Positions 1 to 8,647 of a DNA stretch of 38,156 bases are shown piece by piece. This DNA is from Candidatus Nanohalarchaeota archaeon (GTDB lineage Archaea > EX4484-52 > B79-G9). The number at the start of each line of letters is the position of its first letter. The stretch's first letter is position 1. Made by a program: the position numbers and the translations under genes. The stretch covers positions 1-38,156 of the forward strand of contig QMVA01000002.1 of assembly GCA_003660865.1 (NCBI GenBank), given 5' to 3'. The notes beneath the pieces are model-generated. The model was not told the origin of the DNA. It did not search any database and saw only the letters and a list, made by a program, of their open reading frames with translations.

Positions 1-102
1 AGAACCGTTTCTCTGTTTTCCATTTTTTACAATGTGAGGACTACCACAGTGCACACATTCACTTTTGTCCAATGGTCCAAATATATCCTTGAATAGATTC
101 AT
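1..102 (-). CDS. 5' fragment (34 codons, runs off the window) of a zinc-ribbon protein with a transposase-like N-terminus
   Basis: ATG at 102 sits 5 nt after a GGTGAT Shine-Dalgarno-like motif. The translation MNLFKDIFGPLDKSECVHCGSPHIVKNGKQRNGS has the CxxCGS..IVKNG pattern seen at IS-family transposase N-termini. Third codon positions are mixed and T-rich, unlike native minus-strand genes. Confidence 0.3.
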   Translation of the reverse strand, partial: MNLFKDIFGPLDKSECVHCGSPHIVKNGKQRNGS

Positions 103-273
103 GTTTCATCACCCTAAAACATTCTGTGCTAAACCACTATTTAAAGTTTATTGGGTGATTTCATTTTTTAGAAGTAGCATCACGTCTATTTTGGTGGGGT
201 ACCTGGATTTATTCGTTTTTTGGGTGGTTAAGGTTCTGTCTGGATATAATTTTCAGTGGCAATTGTTTGGACT

Positions 274-519
274 TCATGTGATGAATTTCTTCTTTAGTTC
301 TTCGTAAAAGGATATGTTTATAATTTCCATTTCTATATCGTTTATTGCTCTTAGTATTCTGTCAATATGTGTTTTTAATTCTATGTCTTTTATTTTGTCT
401 ACGTCATATTGTAATATGTTTGAATGCTGTACTGCGCTTTTTAGTATGGGTGTTTTATTGTTACTTGTGAGATGTTTATTTTCGGGGTTATATAGATGTG
501 ATATTGGTTGGCTCTGCAT
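274..519 (-). CDS. hypothetical small protein (81 aa, probably helical)
   Basis: ORF from the track with no recognisable motif. Codon third positions only partly follow the local A/C bias. A T7 run (minus strand, 525-531) lies immediately upstream, so independent expression is uncertain. Confidence 0.3.
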   Translation of the reverse strand: MQSQPISHLYNPENKHLTSNNKTPILKSAVQHSNILQYDVDKIKDIELKTHIDRILRAINDIEMEIINISFYEELKKKFIT

Positions 520-579
520 TGTAGAAAAAAAGATATGGGGCTATAGCGGGAGAATAATGGTCGGCTATAGTTCTTAATA

Positions 580-2064
580 TCAGAAATAAAATTTCCCTTC
601 CTTAATCATGTCGTCTACATATTGTTTGATCTCATTTTGGGACATGTCTGTTTTAGGATCAATCTTGTGTTTTGGGTTTATGGGAAATCCTTCTTTTGCT
701 GGTTCTTTATCTGTTCCTTGTAGTCTTTTTTCTTTTAGTATAGTCCTACTATGTTGTGTTAGCTTTCTTGCTACGTTTGCTGCATCTCTTATTTCTTCTT
801 CTGGTGTTCCTGCTGAAACCTTTTTGGGCGTTCTTGTGGCATATGCTTTTATTGAGTCCATAAGGTTTTCACGGATGGGCGGGTAATCTCTGGTTTTCTC
901 AGTATATGTTGTGGTTTTAAGTTCTCCGAGTTCGTCAGTTATGTCCTGACCTGTGTGTTCATCACTGGTCTCTGTTTTCTTGTATGGCTCGTCGGTTATT
1001 AGGTAATGTTTCAGTTCGTCATTATCTGTTATTGTTTCAGTAAGGTGTATGCGGAGTAGGTTGATGCGGCGGGTATCCCTGTTTTTCTTTTTCATTGATT
1101 TTTCGACTTCGTTCAGAAGTTTGTAGGTTAATGTGCCGTTCGAAATCTTGTCGAGAATAGCATCGCTTGTGTCATCTACTATGATTTTGTCTGTGTAGTC
1201 TTCGAGGAAGTATAGTTGGCGTTCTAATTCATCTGCTTGGGGGTTGTCTTCTTTGTATTTGTTTTTATCTTTTCTGTTCCAGGGGGTGATGCGATTTATG
1301 AGGTCGATATTGTCGTCGAGATATTTTTCGGCTGCTTCTAGTATTTTGTCGCTTGCTTCTTTTATTTCCTCTTGGGATTTTGTTTGTTCTTCACTGTATC
1401 CTGTTTTGTATTCCACATTGTCAGAGGCGGACAATAAATATGGTTTATTTACTAGTTCTTTCAGGATACCTTTTGGTATTTTGCCGTCTTTGATTTTTTC
1501 GACGACTTTGTCTCCGTAAGATTCTGTTTTGTAGTCTGGATTATTTAAGAGGTCTCCGAGTTCAAGTGCACTGTCGAGATTATTTTTGTTCTTTTTGATG
1601 TTGTAGATACTTATAAGTAGTAGAACTCCAGCTGTCGTTCTTAGAACCGGTGCCTCGTATGCTGAGGCTTCGTCGAGTATTCCTGTGTCGTTTGAGATAT
1701 TGTCCAGTGCTTCGCCAAGATGTGTGTGCCAGAAGTTGCCTGCGCCTGTTACATTATCTACTGTAGCAAAATAGTTTATTGCGTCCCCGTAAAGTGTGGC
1801 CGTGGTGGCTGCTACTGGTGCGGCAACGTTTTTTGCTTTGTGGGCTGCGCTCTTTACAGTGTCTTTAGCTTTGTAGATTATTTCTTCTTCAATATTGGTC
1901 ATATATTGACCTCTGTCGTTGAGAACGTCTTTGCTTGTTTTTGGTATGTCTGTGACACTTCTGTAAATGTCACCAATTTTTGAATCGCTTATTTTTGATT
2001 TTGCATTACTTATTTTTGATTTGAGATTACTGAACATTTGCATCACCGCAGTCATTGTTGTCAT
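580..2064 (-). CDS. hypothetical protein (494 aa) with one central hydrophobic segment and a K/E/D-rich C-terminal half
   Basis: Long ORF with a non-degenerate amino-acid sequence. N-terminal 7-aa tandem repeat (SNLKSKI/SNAKSKI, 21-nt DNA repeat near 1990-2035). Putative TM segment TTAGVLLLISIYNI. TATA-like CTTATATAC on the minus strand near 2080-2088. The start could be M1 (2064) or M4 (2055). No family recognised. Confidence 0.55.
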   Translation of the reverse strand: MTTMTAVMQMFSNLKSKISNAKSKISDSKIGDIYRSVTDIPKTSKDVLNDRGQYMTNIEEEIIYKAKDTVKSAAHKAKNVAAPVAATTATLYGDAINYFATVDNVTGAGNFWHTHLGEALDNISNDTGILDEASAYEAPVLRTTAGVLLLISIYNIKKNKNNLDSALELGDLLNNPDYKTESYGDKVVEKIKDGKIPKGILKELVNKPYLLSASDNVEYKTGYSEEQTKSQEEIKEASDKILEAAEKYLDDNIDLINRITPWNRKDKNKYKEDNPQADELERQLYFLEDYTDKIIVDDTSDAILDKISNGTLTYKLLNEVEKSMKKKNRDTRRINLLRIHLTETITDNDELKHYLITDEPYKKTETSDEHTGQDITDELGELKTTTYTEKTRDYPPIRENLMDSIKAYATRTPKKVSAGTPEEEIRDAANVARKLTQHSRTILKEKRLQGTDKEPAKEGFPINPKHKIDPKTDMSQNEIKQYVDDMIKEGKFYF

Positions 2065-2221
2065 TAGTTAGTAGTGAAAGTATATAAGCATTTCTATAGT
2101 GTAATATGGCTATTTGAGAAGATATTTATTCATCTGATTCTGTTTTTGGTGTTGATGACTTGCGGTTTGCTTTTTTTTTGTAGTCAATAAACCTGTATGT
2201 CTGTTGTATCTATAAGTTAGT

Positions 2222-2240
2222 AAAAAGATAAGAGAGAAGT
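2222..2240 (-). terminator. oligo-T / pyrimidine tract downstream of rps10
   Basis: A5 run on the plus strand (T5 on the minus strand) plus a purine-rich tract about 45 nt after the S10 stop. A-runs are otherwise rare on the plus strand. Confidence 0.35.
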
Positions 2241-2271
2241 CTATGGTGAAACAAATCGTCTTTCTGTTCTT

Positions 2272-2580
2272 TTATTCGCGCAGTTCTATTTCAATATTGA
2301 TTGAGTCAGGAACTTCTATGCGCATAATCTGCCTTAAAGCGCGCTCGTTTGTGCCGATGTCGATTACGCGCTTGTGGATGCGCATCTCCCACTTTTCGTA
2401 TGTTTCTGTGCCGTCGCCGGATGGAGCTTTTCTTGTGGTTATCTTTAGCTTTTTTGTCGGCAGTGGGATTGGTCCTGCTACGTTCGCTCCGAACTTGAGG
2501 GCTATCTGCTTTATTTGTTTTGCCAGTTCTTCAAGTTCCTGGTAGTTTGTGCTTGTTATTTTTACGCGTGCGGTTTGCAA
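2272..2580 (-). CDS. rps10: 30S ribosomal protein S10 (uS10)
   Basis: MQTARVKITSTN...GPIPLPTKKLKITTRKAPSGDGTETYEKWEMRIHKRVIDI is a typical archaeal S10. TTG start at 2580 is preceded by AGGTGA. The position after EF-1alpha is the conserved one. Confidence 0.95.
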   Translation of the reverse strand: MQTARVKITSTNYQELEELAKQIKQIALKFGANVAGPIPLPTKKLKITTRKAPSGDGTETYEKWEMRIHKRVIDIGTNERALRQIMRIEVPDSINIEIELRE

Positions 2581-2647
2581 TTTATTTCACCTATGGTATC
2601 ATACTTTAGTCTTTCATAAAGCATGTCAAAGTTACAGAATCTTTTGA

Positions 2648-3925
2648 TTATTTCTTTGCAACAAGGTCAATGCACATACCAGCTGCAATGGTCTGTCCCA
2701 TGTCTCTTATTGCGAATTTTGCGAGTTGAGGGATGTCTGATTGCTTTTCTATTACCATTGGCTTGGTTGGTTTGCATTTGATGATTGCTGCATCTCCAGG
2801 CTTGATGAAGTCAGGGTTTTCTTCCTTTGTCTCACCTGTAGTGGGGTCTATTTTTTTTAAGATATCTGTTATCTGACATGCAACGTGTGATGTGTGGATG
2901 TGGAATACCGGTGTGTATCCTTTTGTTATCACACTTGGATGTTGTAGTACTATTATCTGTGCTGTGAATTCGCCGCTTTGGTCAACTACTGTTGGCGGGT
3001 TGCTTGTGTGTCCACAGACTTCACCACGGGCGATGTCGCCTTTTCCGAGACCTCTTACGTTGAAGCCGATGTTGTCACCTGCTTCTCCTTTTGGTATCTC
3101 TTCGTGGTGCATTTCGATTTTCTTTACTTCGCCGGTTTTGCCGGATGGCATGAATACGAGTTTGTCGCCTGATTTGATTTCGCCGGTTTCTACGCGACCT
3201 ACAGGTACTGTTCCTACGCCGGTGATTGTGTAGACATCCTGTATGGGGAGTCTTAGCGGTTTTCCTGTTGGCTTTTCCGGCATAGGTAGGTCGTCGAGGG
3301 TTTCAAGCATTGTTTTTCCTTTGTACCATGTCATCTGTTCTGCTTTCTTTGCTACGTTTTCGCCTGTCCATGCTGATACGGGGATGTATGGTATGTCGTC
3401 TGTCTTGAAGCCGACGCTTTTCAGAAGCTTGATTATGTCGTCTTTTGCTTTGGTGTATGCTGATTCGTCGAAGTTTACTTCGTCCATCTTGTTTATTGCG
3501 ACGATGAGGCTTTTTACGCCAAGTGTTCTTATTAGAAAGACGTGCTCTTTGGTCTGCGGCATGACGCCGTCTTTTGCGCCAAGTACGAGGATCGCTGCGT
3601 CTGCCTGTGATGCGCCGGTTATCATGTTCTTTACGAAGTCCCTGTGGCCAGGAGCATCAATGATTGTGAAGTAGTATTTTGCTGTGTCGAATCTCTGGTG
3701 CATGACGTCAATTGTCACACCGCGTTCTCTTTCTTCTTTTACTGTGTCCATGAGGAACGCGAATTTGAATGATTCTTTTTTAAGCTCTTTTGCTTTTTCG
3801 TCTATCTTTTTCATCTGCTGTTCCGGGACGTTTCCTGTGTCCCATAACATTCTTCCGATTAATGTTGATTTTCCCTGGTCGACGTGACCGATTGTTACTA
3901 AATTCATGTGTGGTTTTTCTGCCAT
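2648..3925 (-). CDS. tuf: translation elongation factor EF-1alpha (aEF1A)
   Basis: [18 protein letters not shown] and NKMD GTPase motifs with full-length similarity. The ATG at 3925 is preceded by GAGGTG, so the track start at 3934 is a GTG lying inside the SD. Confidence 0.97.
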   Translation of the reverse strand: MAEKPHMNLVTIGHVDQGKSTLIGRMLWDTGNVPEQQMKKIDEKAKELKKESFKFAFLMDTVKEERERGVTIDVMHQRFDTAKYYFTIIDAPGHRDFVKNMITGASQADAAILVLGAKDGVMPQTKEHVFLIRTLGVKSLIVAINKMDEVNFDESAYTKAKDDIIKLLKSVGFKTDDIPYIPVSAWTGENVAKKAEQMTWYKGKTMLETLDDLPMPEKPTGKPLRLPIQDVYTITGVGTVPVGRVETGEIKSGDKLVFMPSGKTGEVKKIEMHHEEIPKGEAGDNIGFNVRGLGKGDIARGEVCGHTSNPPTVVDQSGEFTAQIIVLQHPSVITKGYTPVFHIHTSHVACQITDILKKIDPTTGETKEENPDFIKPGDAAIIKCKPTKPMVIEKQSDIPQLAKFAIRDMGQTIAAGMCIDLVAKK

Positions 3926-4142
3926 ATTTAACACCTCGCAATTATCATTTATTCTTCTTTATAATGATTGTTTTTATTTATGGTTTGTATGTTTATAGGG
4001 TTTAATATTGTTTATTATTGATTCTGAATTTTTTAAAGTTTTATGTGAAATGTGCTAGAGAATCGAGTGTGTTTGTTCTCTGTTGTCACATTATTGGTTT
4101 GATGGTTAAGTTTATAAATGTTGTGTATTGGTTATGTTTTCT

Positions 4143-6341
4143 TTATTGTTCCAGTTTTATTTGCGGGAGTTCTTCTTTCATGCCTTTTCTTTTCCTGATC
4201 TGAAGGACTATCTTGTTCTGGAGTTCTGTTGGTAGTTTTTCGTATACTATGTCTATGAGTGACTGGAATCCTCTGCCGCCTGTTGCGGATTTTATTGCGC
4301 CTTCAAAGCCGAACATCTCTGCGACAGGGAGTTTGGCTGTTATTATGCTCGTGCCCTGCTCTTCTTCCATATTCATGATTTGCCCGCGGCGGTTCTGGAC
4401 TTCTTTTACGACGTTGCCCATGTGTTCTTGGGGGCTATCTATTCTTAGTATCTGTTTTGGCTCGAAGAGGGATGCTTTGCCGTCGAGCATGCAGTTTTTG
4501 AGGGCGCTTTTGACTGCCGGGAGTACCTGCGCCGGTCCCCTATGTATTGCGTCTTCGTGGAGTTTTGCGTCCATGAGCATTACTTGCAGGCCGAATGTTG
4601 GTTCTGCTGCAAGGGGTCCTTCGTTGCATACTTCTTTGAATGACTGGATTATGAGTTCAATTACTTCGTTTAGCTGGACTATACCTCTTGTTAGGTTTAC
4701 GAGTATGTTGCCGTTCTGAATTGCGACTACTTTTTTTGCCTCGTCGCGGTTGTAGCCTGCGTCTGCGAGTGCGTTTGTTACTTCAAGCTGGTCTTGTTTC
4801 CTGATTTTTCCTTCTCTCATGTTGCCGGATATGAGTGTTTTTCTTACTTCGTCGGATACTGGTGCGACTTTCAGGTAGAATTTGTTGTGTTTGTTTGGTG
4901 TTTTTCCTTCGAATTGCTGTGATTCTTTTAGGAGGCCTTCTTTGTAGATTACTATGGGTTTTGAGACTGTGATCGGGATGCCTTTTTCTTTTATGTAGCG
5001 CTCGATTTTTGCTTCGATGTGGAGTTCGCCGAGACCGGATATGAGGGTTTCGCCTGTGTCTTCGGAGATTTTTACTCTTATTGTCGGGTCTTCTTTTGAG
5101 CGCATTCTCAGGATGTCGATGAGCTTTGAGAGGTCTTTGATGTTCTTTATTTCGATTGATTTTGTTACTACCGGTTCAAATATGTGTTTTATGTCTTCGA
5201 ATGGAGGTATCTCGTGGGATGCGCCGCTGAGTGTTTCGCCCGATGATGCCTGGTCGAGGCCTGTTACTGCGATGATGTTGCCGACACACATCTCGTGTAC
5301 CGGGATTCTTTTCGGGCCGTCGTATACTGATACTTGCTGGACGCGGGTGTCTGCCTGTACGTTTGAGAGGTAGACTGTTTGTCCGTCTTTTAGTGTGCCG
5401 CCGAATAGGCGCACTGTTGAGACGATGCCTGCGTTTGGGTCGCTGAGTACGTTTGTGACTACGCCGATAGGTTCGCCGGTTTTGTCTGAGTTCATCATTG
5501 CTTTTCCTTCTTTTGATTCTATGTCGCCGGTCCAGATTTTCGGGATCCTGTATTTCTGTGCTGTCTCTGGGTCTGGCAGGTGGTTTATTACCATGTCGAG
5601 TATTACTTCGTGAATTTTTGCTTTTTTTGCGAGTTCTTTTTCGTCGCCTTTGTTTGTGAGGTCAATTATGTCTTTGAATGATGTGCCTGTCTTTTTCATG
5701 TAGGGGATGGATGTTGCCCAGTTTTTGTAGGCTGAGCCGAATGCGACTTTGCCTGACTGGACGTCTACAAGCCATTCTTCTTTGAGTTCAGGGGGTGCGA
5801 ATTTTCTTATGAGATTGTTTATTGATGTGATGTGTTTTGTGAAGCGTTCAAGCATCTGTTCAGGGGTTAGCTGGAGCTCTTTTATGAGGCGGTCGACTTT
5901 GTTTATGAAGAGTACGGGTTTTACGCGCTCTTTTAAGGCCTGTCTCAGGACTGTTTCGGTCTGGGGCATTGCGCCTTCTACTGCGCATACGACTACGACT
6001 ACGCCGTCTACGGCTCTCATTGCGCGGGTGACGTCGCCACCGAAGTCTACGTGGCCGGGGGTGTCTATTAGGTTGATTAAGTAGTCGTCTCCGTGATGAT
6101 CATATACCATTGAGACGTTGCCTGAGTATATTGTTATGCCGCGTTCCTGTTCCTGCTTGTCGGCGTCCATTCTTACGGCTGTGCCTGCCAGTTCTTCTGA
6201 GAGCATGCCTGCGCCTGCCAGTAGGTTGTCTGTGAGGGTGGTTTTCCCGTGGTCGATGTGGGCTGCTATGCCTATGTTTCTGATTCTTTTCAGGTTTTTT
6301 ACTGCTTCTTTAATTCTTTCTGTTCTTGTTCCTTTTGCCAT
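4143..6341 (-). CDS. fusA: translation elongation factor EF-2 (aEF2)
   Basis: MAKGTRTERIKEAVKNLKRIRNIGIAAHIDHGKTTL, DTPGHVDF, NKVD, and the diphthamide-region motif HEDAIHRGPAQ. The ATG at 6341 follows AGGCGATGA. The 51 upstream codons in the track are K/Q-rich low complexity and are treated as leader. Confidence 0.96.
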   Translation of the reverse strand: MAKGTRTERIKEAVKNLKRIRNIGIAAHIDHGKTTLTDNLLAGAGMLSEELAGTAVRMDADKQEQERGITIYSGNVSMVYDHHGDDYLINLIDTPGHVDFGGDVTRAMRAVDGVVVVVCAVEGAMPQTETVLRQALKERVKPVLFINKVDRLIKELQLTPEQMLERFTKHITSINNLIRKFAPPELKEEWLVDVQSGKVAFGSAYKNWATSIPYMKKTGTSFKDIIDLTNKGDEKELAKKAKIHEVILDMVINHLPDPETAQKYRIPKIWTGDIESKEGKAMMNSDKTGEPIGVVTNVLSDPNAGIVSTVRLFGGTLKDGQTVYLSNVQADTRVQQVSVYDGPKRIPVHEMCVGNIIAVTGLDQASSGETLSGASHEIPPFEDIKHIFEPVVTKSIEIKNIKDLSKLIDILRMRSKEDPTIRVKISEDTGETLISGLGELHIEAKIERYIKEKGIPITVSKPIVIYKEGLLKESQQFEGKTPNKHNKFYLKVAPVSDEVRKTLISGNMREGKIRKQDQLEVTNALADAGYNRDEAKKVVAIQNGNILVNLTRGIVQLNEVIELIIQSFKEVCNEGPLAAEPTFGLQVMLMDAKLHEDAIHRGPAQVLPAVKSALKNCMLDGKASLFEPKQILRIDSPQEHMGNVVKEVQNRRGQIMNMEEEQGTSIITAKLPVAEMFGFEGAIKSATGGRGFQSLIDIVYEKLPTELQNKIVLQIRKRKGMKEELPQIKLEQ

Positions 6342-6391
6342 TTCATCGCCTTTTGAGTATATTTTTAGTGGATGATTGATTGTTTGCGGGA

Positions 6392-6401
6392 GTTTATATG
6401 T
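6392..6401 (-). promoter_or_regulatory. TATA-like box (minus strand ACATATAAAC) for EF-2
   Basis: About 55 nt upstream of the EF-2 ATG, which leaves a roughly 30-nt SD-containing leader. It resembles the recurrent ACATTTATA motif upstream of other minus-strand genes. Confidence 0.35.
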
Positions 6402-6588
6402 TTTTTTGTGCGCCCTGTTTTGTATTCTTTGTTTTGGATTGTGTGTTTTGTATTTTTGTTGTTGTGATTTGCTTGTGGTGCTTCTTAAGAACATAGTCTT
6501 TCTGTGCGAAGTTTTATAAACGTTTTTGTTTTTGGTTGTTAGGATTTTTGAGTATTATCTTATGTCATATTCAAAGTTAGAAGTGGTT

Positions 6589-7209
6589 TTAATCTTGGGA
6601 TGAAATTATTTTGTTGTATATCTGGTCTAATTTATGATGTGCCTCATATAATATTTTTTGTAATTCTCCTACTGTTTTTCTTGAATCCGGAAGGGCTGTT
6701 TCTAAATCTTGTAAGGTTCCAAGTTCCATACTGCCTCGACTGAATATGAATTTATCTGGATTTAATCTATTAATATCAGTTTCAAGGAGACTATCTCTTT
6801 CGTTAGGCCTAGCATAAGAGTATGGATTCTCTCCTTTTTGTGCATAGTCCATTCTTGTTTTTACTTTGTCTATTTGTTGGGATGCATCTTCTTCGGTCCA
6901 TGTCGTTAGTTCTTCCATTGATATTTCGAGAAATTCCTTTATTGAGTTAAATGTGTGGTCTATTTCGCCATAATAAATATGTCCGTTGTTATAGTATGTC
7001 TCAATGAGTGATTGTTCTATTTTTGTTACGTTCTGATTGTCGATTGTTTCGCCTAATTTTTGTATGTCTTTTACTGCGTATTCAAAATCCGCTTTGTCAG
7101 GACTTACATAGCCTCTTAAGTAAGATATTGACCAGTACACGTTGCCTATTTGGTTTTCTATTTTGGATACTAGCGCTAAATCTTGGTCTGTTAGATCTAT
7201 TTTGACCAC
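6589..7209 (-). CDS. hypothetical protein (206 aa), compositionally atypical
   Basis: ORF with a GTG start at 7209 about 27 nt from a palindromic TATA (AATATTATATAT, 7232-7243). Many GAT/TAT/ATT/AAT codons break the A/C third-position rule of neighbouring minus-strand genes. No motif recognised. Confidence 0.5.
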   Translation of the reverse strand: MVKIDLTDQDLALVSKIENQIGNVYWSISYLRGYVSPDKADFEYAVKDIQKLGETIDNQNVTKIEQSLIETYYNNGHIYYGEIDHTFNSIKEFLEISMEELTTWTEEDASQQIDKVKTRMDYAQKGENPYSYARPNERDSLLETDINRLNPDKFIFSRGSMELGTLQDLETALPDSRKTVGELQKILYEAHHKLDQIYNKIISSQD

Positions 7210-7272
7210 TAGGATGGGGTATATGTTGTAAATATTATATATCTTTCTGTATGTGCTTGTTTTTGGTGATTT

Positions 7273-7707
7273 TTGCTGTTCTGGTTTTGTTTTACGAAGG
7301 CATTTATATTTGCGCTTATCTTATATTTTGTTATGTATTTCAGTCTGGGGTCGATTGTGAATTGGCGTGCGCTTGAGCTTTTGTTTGGCGCTGTGTTCGT
7401 CTATGTTGGTTATCTTAAGTTTACTGAGATTGGGCTTGATTTTGTTATGAGTTTTCCGCTTCTTATTGTGAATGCGCTGATTTTTTTTGCTATAGGGGTG
7501 CTTATGGTTCTTTCCCGGTCGCATATTGCGGTGGTTGGGCTTGTTCTGGTTGCGCTTGGCATTTCGCTTCATGGGCTTGGGTTTTTTGAGTCTTATAGTG
7601 TTTCTTATCTTTTTTACAGGTTCGGGATTCAGCCGGTTATGTTTTTGACGGATTTTTTGATGCCTATGCTTGCGGTTGTGTGGGTCTGGAAGGGGGGTAG
7701 TTATTGA
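7273..7707 (+). CDS. small polytopic membrane protein (144 aa, about 4 TM)
   Basis: Hydrophobic segments run throughout. TTG start lies 2 nt after GGTGAT (7265-7270). G/T-ending codons fit a plus-strand gene. The stop TGA (7705-7707) is 1 nt from the hicB-like ATG. Confidence 0.5.
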   Translation: MLFWFCFTKAFIFALILYFVMYFSLGSIVNWRALELLFGAVFVYVGYLKFTEIGLDFVMSFPLLIVNALIFFAIGVLMVLSRSHIAVVGLVLVALGISLHGLGFFESYSVSYLFYRFGIQPVMFLTDFLMPMLAVVWVWKGGSY

Positions 7708-7708
7708 T

Positions 7709-7906
7709 ATGGCAAATAAATTTACTCTTATTATAGAGCAGGATACTGAGGGTTGGTTGGTTTCTGATGTTGTTGGGTTGCCCGGTTGTCATACTCAGGC
7801 TAAAAGTATGGATGTGCTTTTGAGAAGAACGAAAGAAGCTATTCAGTCATATCTTGCGTCAGATGCGGATTCGGAAGTTTCTGGTAAGTTTGTTGGAATT
7901 CAATAG
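7709..7906 (+). CDS. hicB: HicB-like / UPF0150 antitoxin-fold protein (65 aa)
   Basis: MANKFTLIIEQDTEGWLVSDVVGLPGCHTQAKSMDVLLRRTKEAIQSYL matches the HicB N-terminal fold pattern (..eqd.eG.y.a.vp.lPGc.tqg.t..ea....keAi..yl). A T5 run follows the stop. Confidence 0.75.
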   Translation: MANKFTLIIEQDTEGWLVSDVVGLPGCHTQAKSMDVLLRRTKEAIQSYLASDADSEVSGKFVGIQ

Positions 7907-7927
7907 ATAGAGGTATGATTTTTGAGT

Positions 7928-8647
7928 TTATAATCGTGTGATTTTTTCTTCGAGATGATTGTCAATATTTTTTGTTAATTTTGGGATGCTGCCGATTAGA
8001 CCGATTTTTTTGTCTTTTATGATTATTGCGCCTTCAAAGTATTTCTTTTTTTTGAGCCAGTCAAGTGTTTTTTTTATGTCTTTTTCGGTTTTTACCTGAT
8101 TTGCTGCTGCTGTTGCGAGGGCGTCTGCAATGTTTGCTTTTTTTGAGAAGATTACTGCAAGGTCGCATTTTCCGAAGCTTAGGGAGTGTCCCATGTTAGA
8201 TGATGATGAGCAGATTGATATTGGGGTGTTTTCGTCTGTCAGGTGGAAGCATAGTTTGTCTTTTAGTTTGTTTTGCCCGGAGAATAAGCCGATGTTTATT
8301 TTGCTTTTTGTGTATGCGTAGATGTCGCCGCCGTTTTCTACGATGAGTGTTTCTGGGTTGTGGAGAGCTATTGCTTTTTTTGCGCTGAATTCTGCCAGTG
8401 TGCCTGCAACTGCTGCCATGGGACCGACTTTGGCAATTTTTGCTGCCATGACCATTTCTTTTATTATTTTAGGGGCGTCTTTTTTTGTTTTTACGGGAAC
8501 CAGTGAGTTTAGAAATTCTTTGTCGGCGTAGTTTTCTATCAGTGTTCTTTGGGTTATGAGTTCTTTTTTTATTGTGCTGATTGCTTCTTTTTTGTCGGTT
8601 ATGACTTTGAGTTTGCTTGTCTTATATGTCAGTGTCTGGGTTTCCAT
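7928..8647 (-). CDS. UPF0280 / COG2122 (ApbE-like fold) protein
   Basis: Length and motifs (VGPMAAVAGTLAEF, ENGGDIY, SSSSNMGHSLSFGKCD) fit the UPF0280 family of methanogens (MA1715-type). It overlaps the upstream NIL-ferredoxin gene by 26 nt. Confidence 0.7.
   Translation of the reverse strand: METQTLTYKTSKLKVITDKKEAISTIKKELITQRTLIENYADKEFLNSLVPVKTKKDAPKIIKEMVMAAKIAKVGPMAAVAGTLAEFSAKKAIALHNPETLIVENGGDIYAYTKSKINIGLFSGQNKLKDKLCFHLTDENTPISICSSSSNMGHSLSFGKCDLAVIFSKKANIADALATAAANQVKTEKDIKKTLDWLKKKKYFEGAIIIKDKKIGLIGSIPKLTKNIDNHLEEKITRL

Noticed and set aside
65-307. The 80-aa plus-strand ORF between the IS-like fragment and the 81-aa ORF.
   Set aside because: It has a TTG start with no TATA or SD, gives an F/S/L-rich translation, and overlaps the 5' end and promoter region of the minus-strand Zn-ribbon gene.
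6342-6494. A 51-codon N-terminal extension of EF-2 suggested by the ORF track.
   Set aside because: The sequence is K/Q/R-rich low complexity. The conserved EF-2 N-terminus begins at the ATG at 6341, which has an SD-like AGGCGATGA. A TATA-like box at 6392-6401 lies inside the supposed extension.
7210-7930. A HicA toxin partner for the HicB-like gene.
   Set aside because: No ORF of suitable size or sequence lies on either side. The flanks are a 4-TM membrane gene and a convergent UPF0280 gene only 21 nt away.
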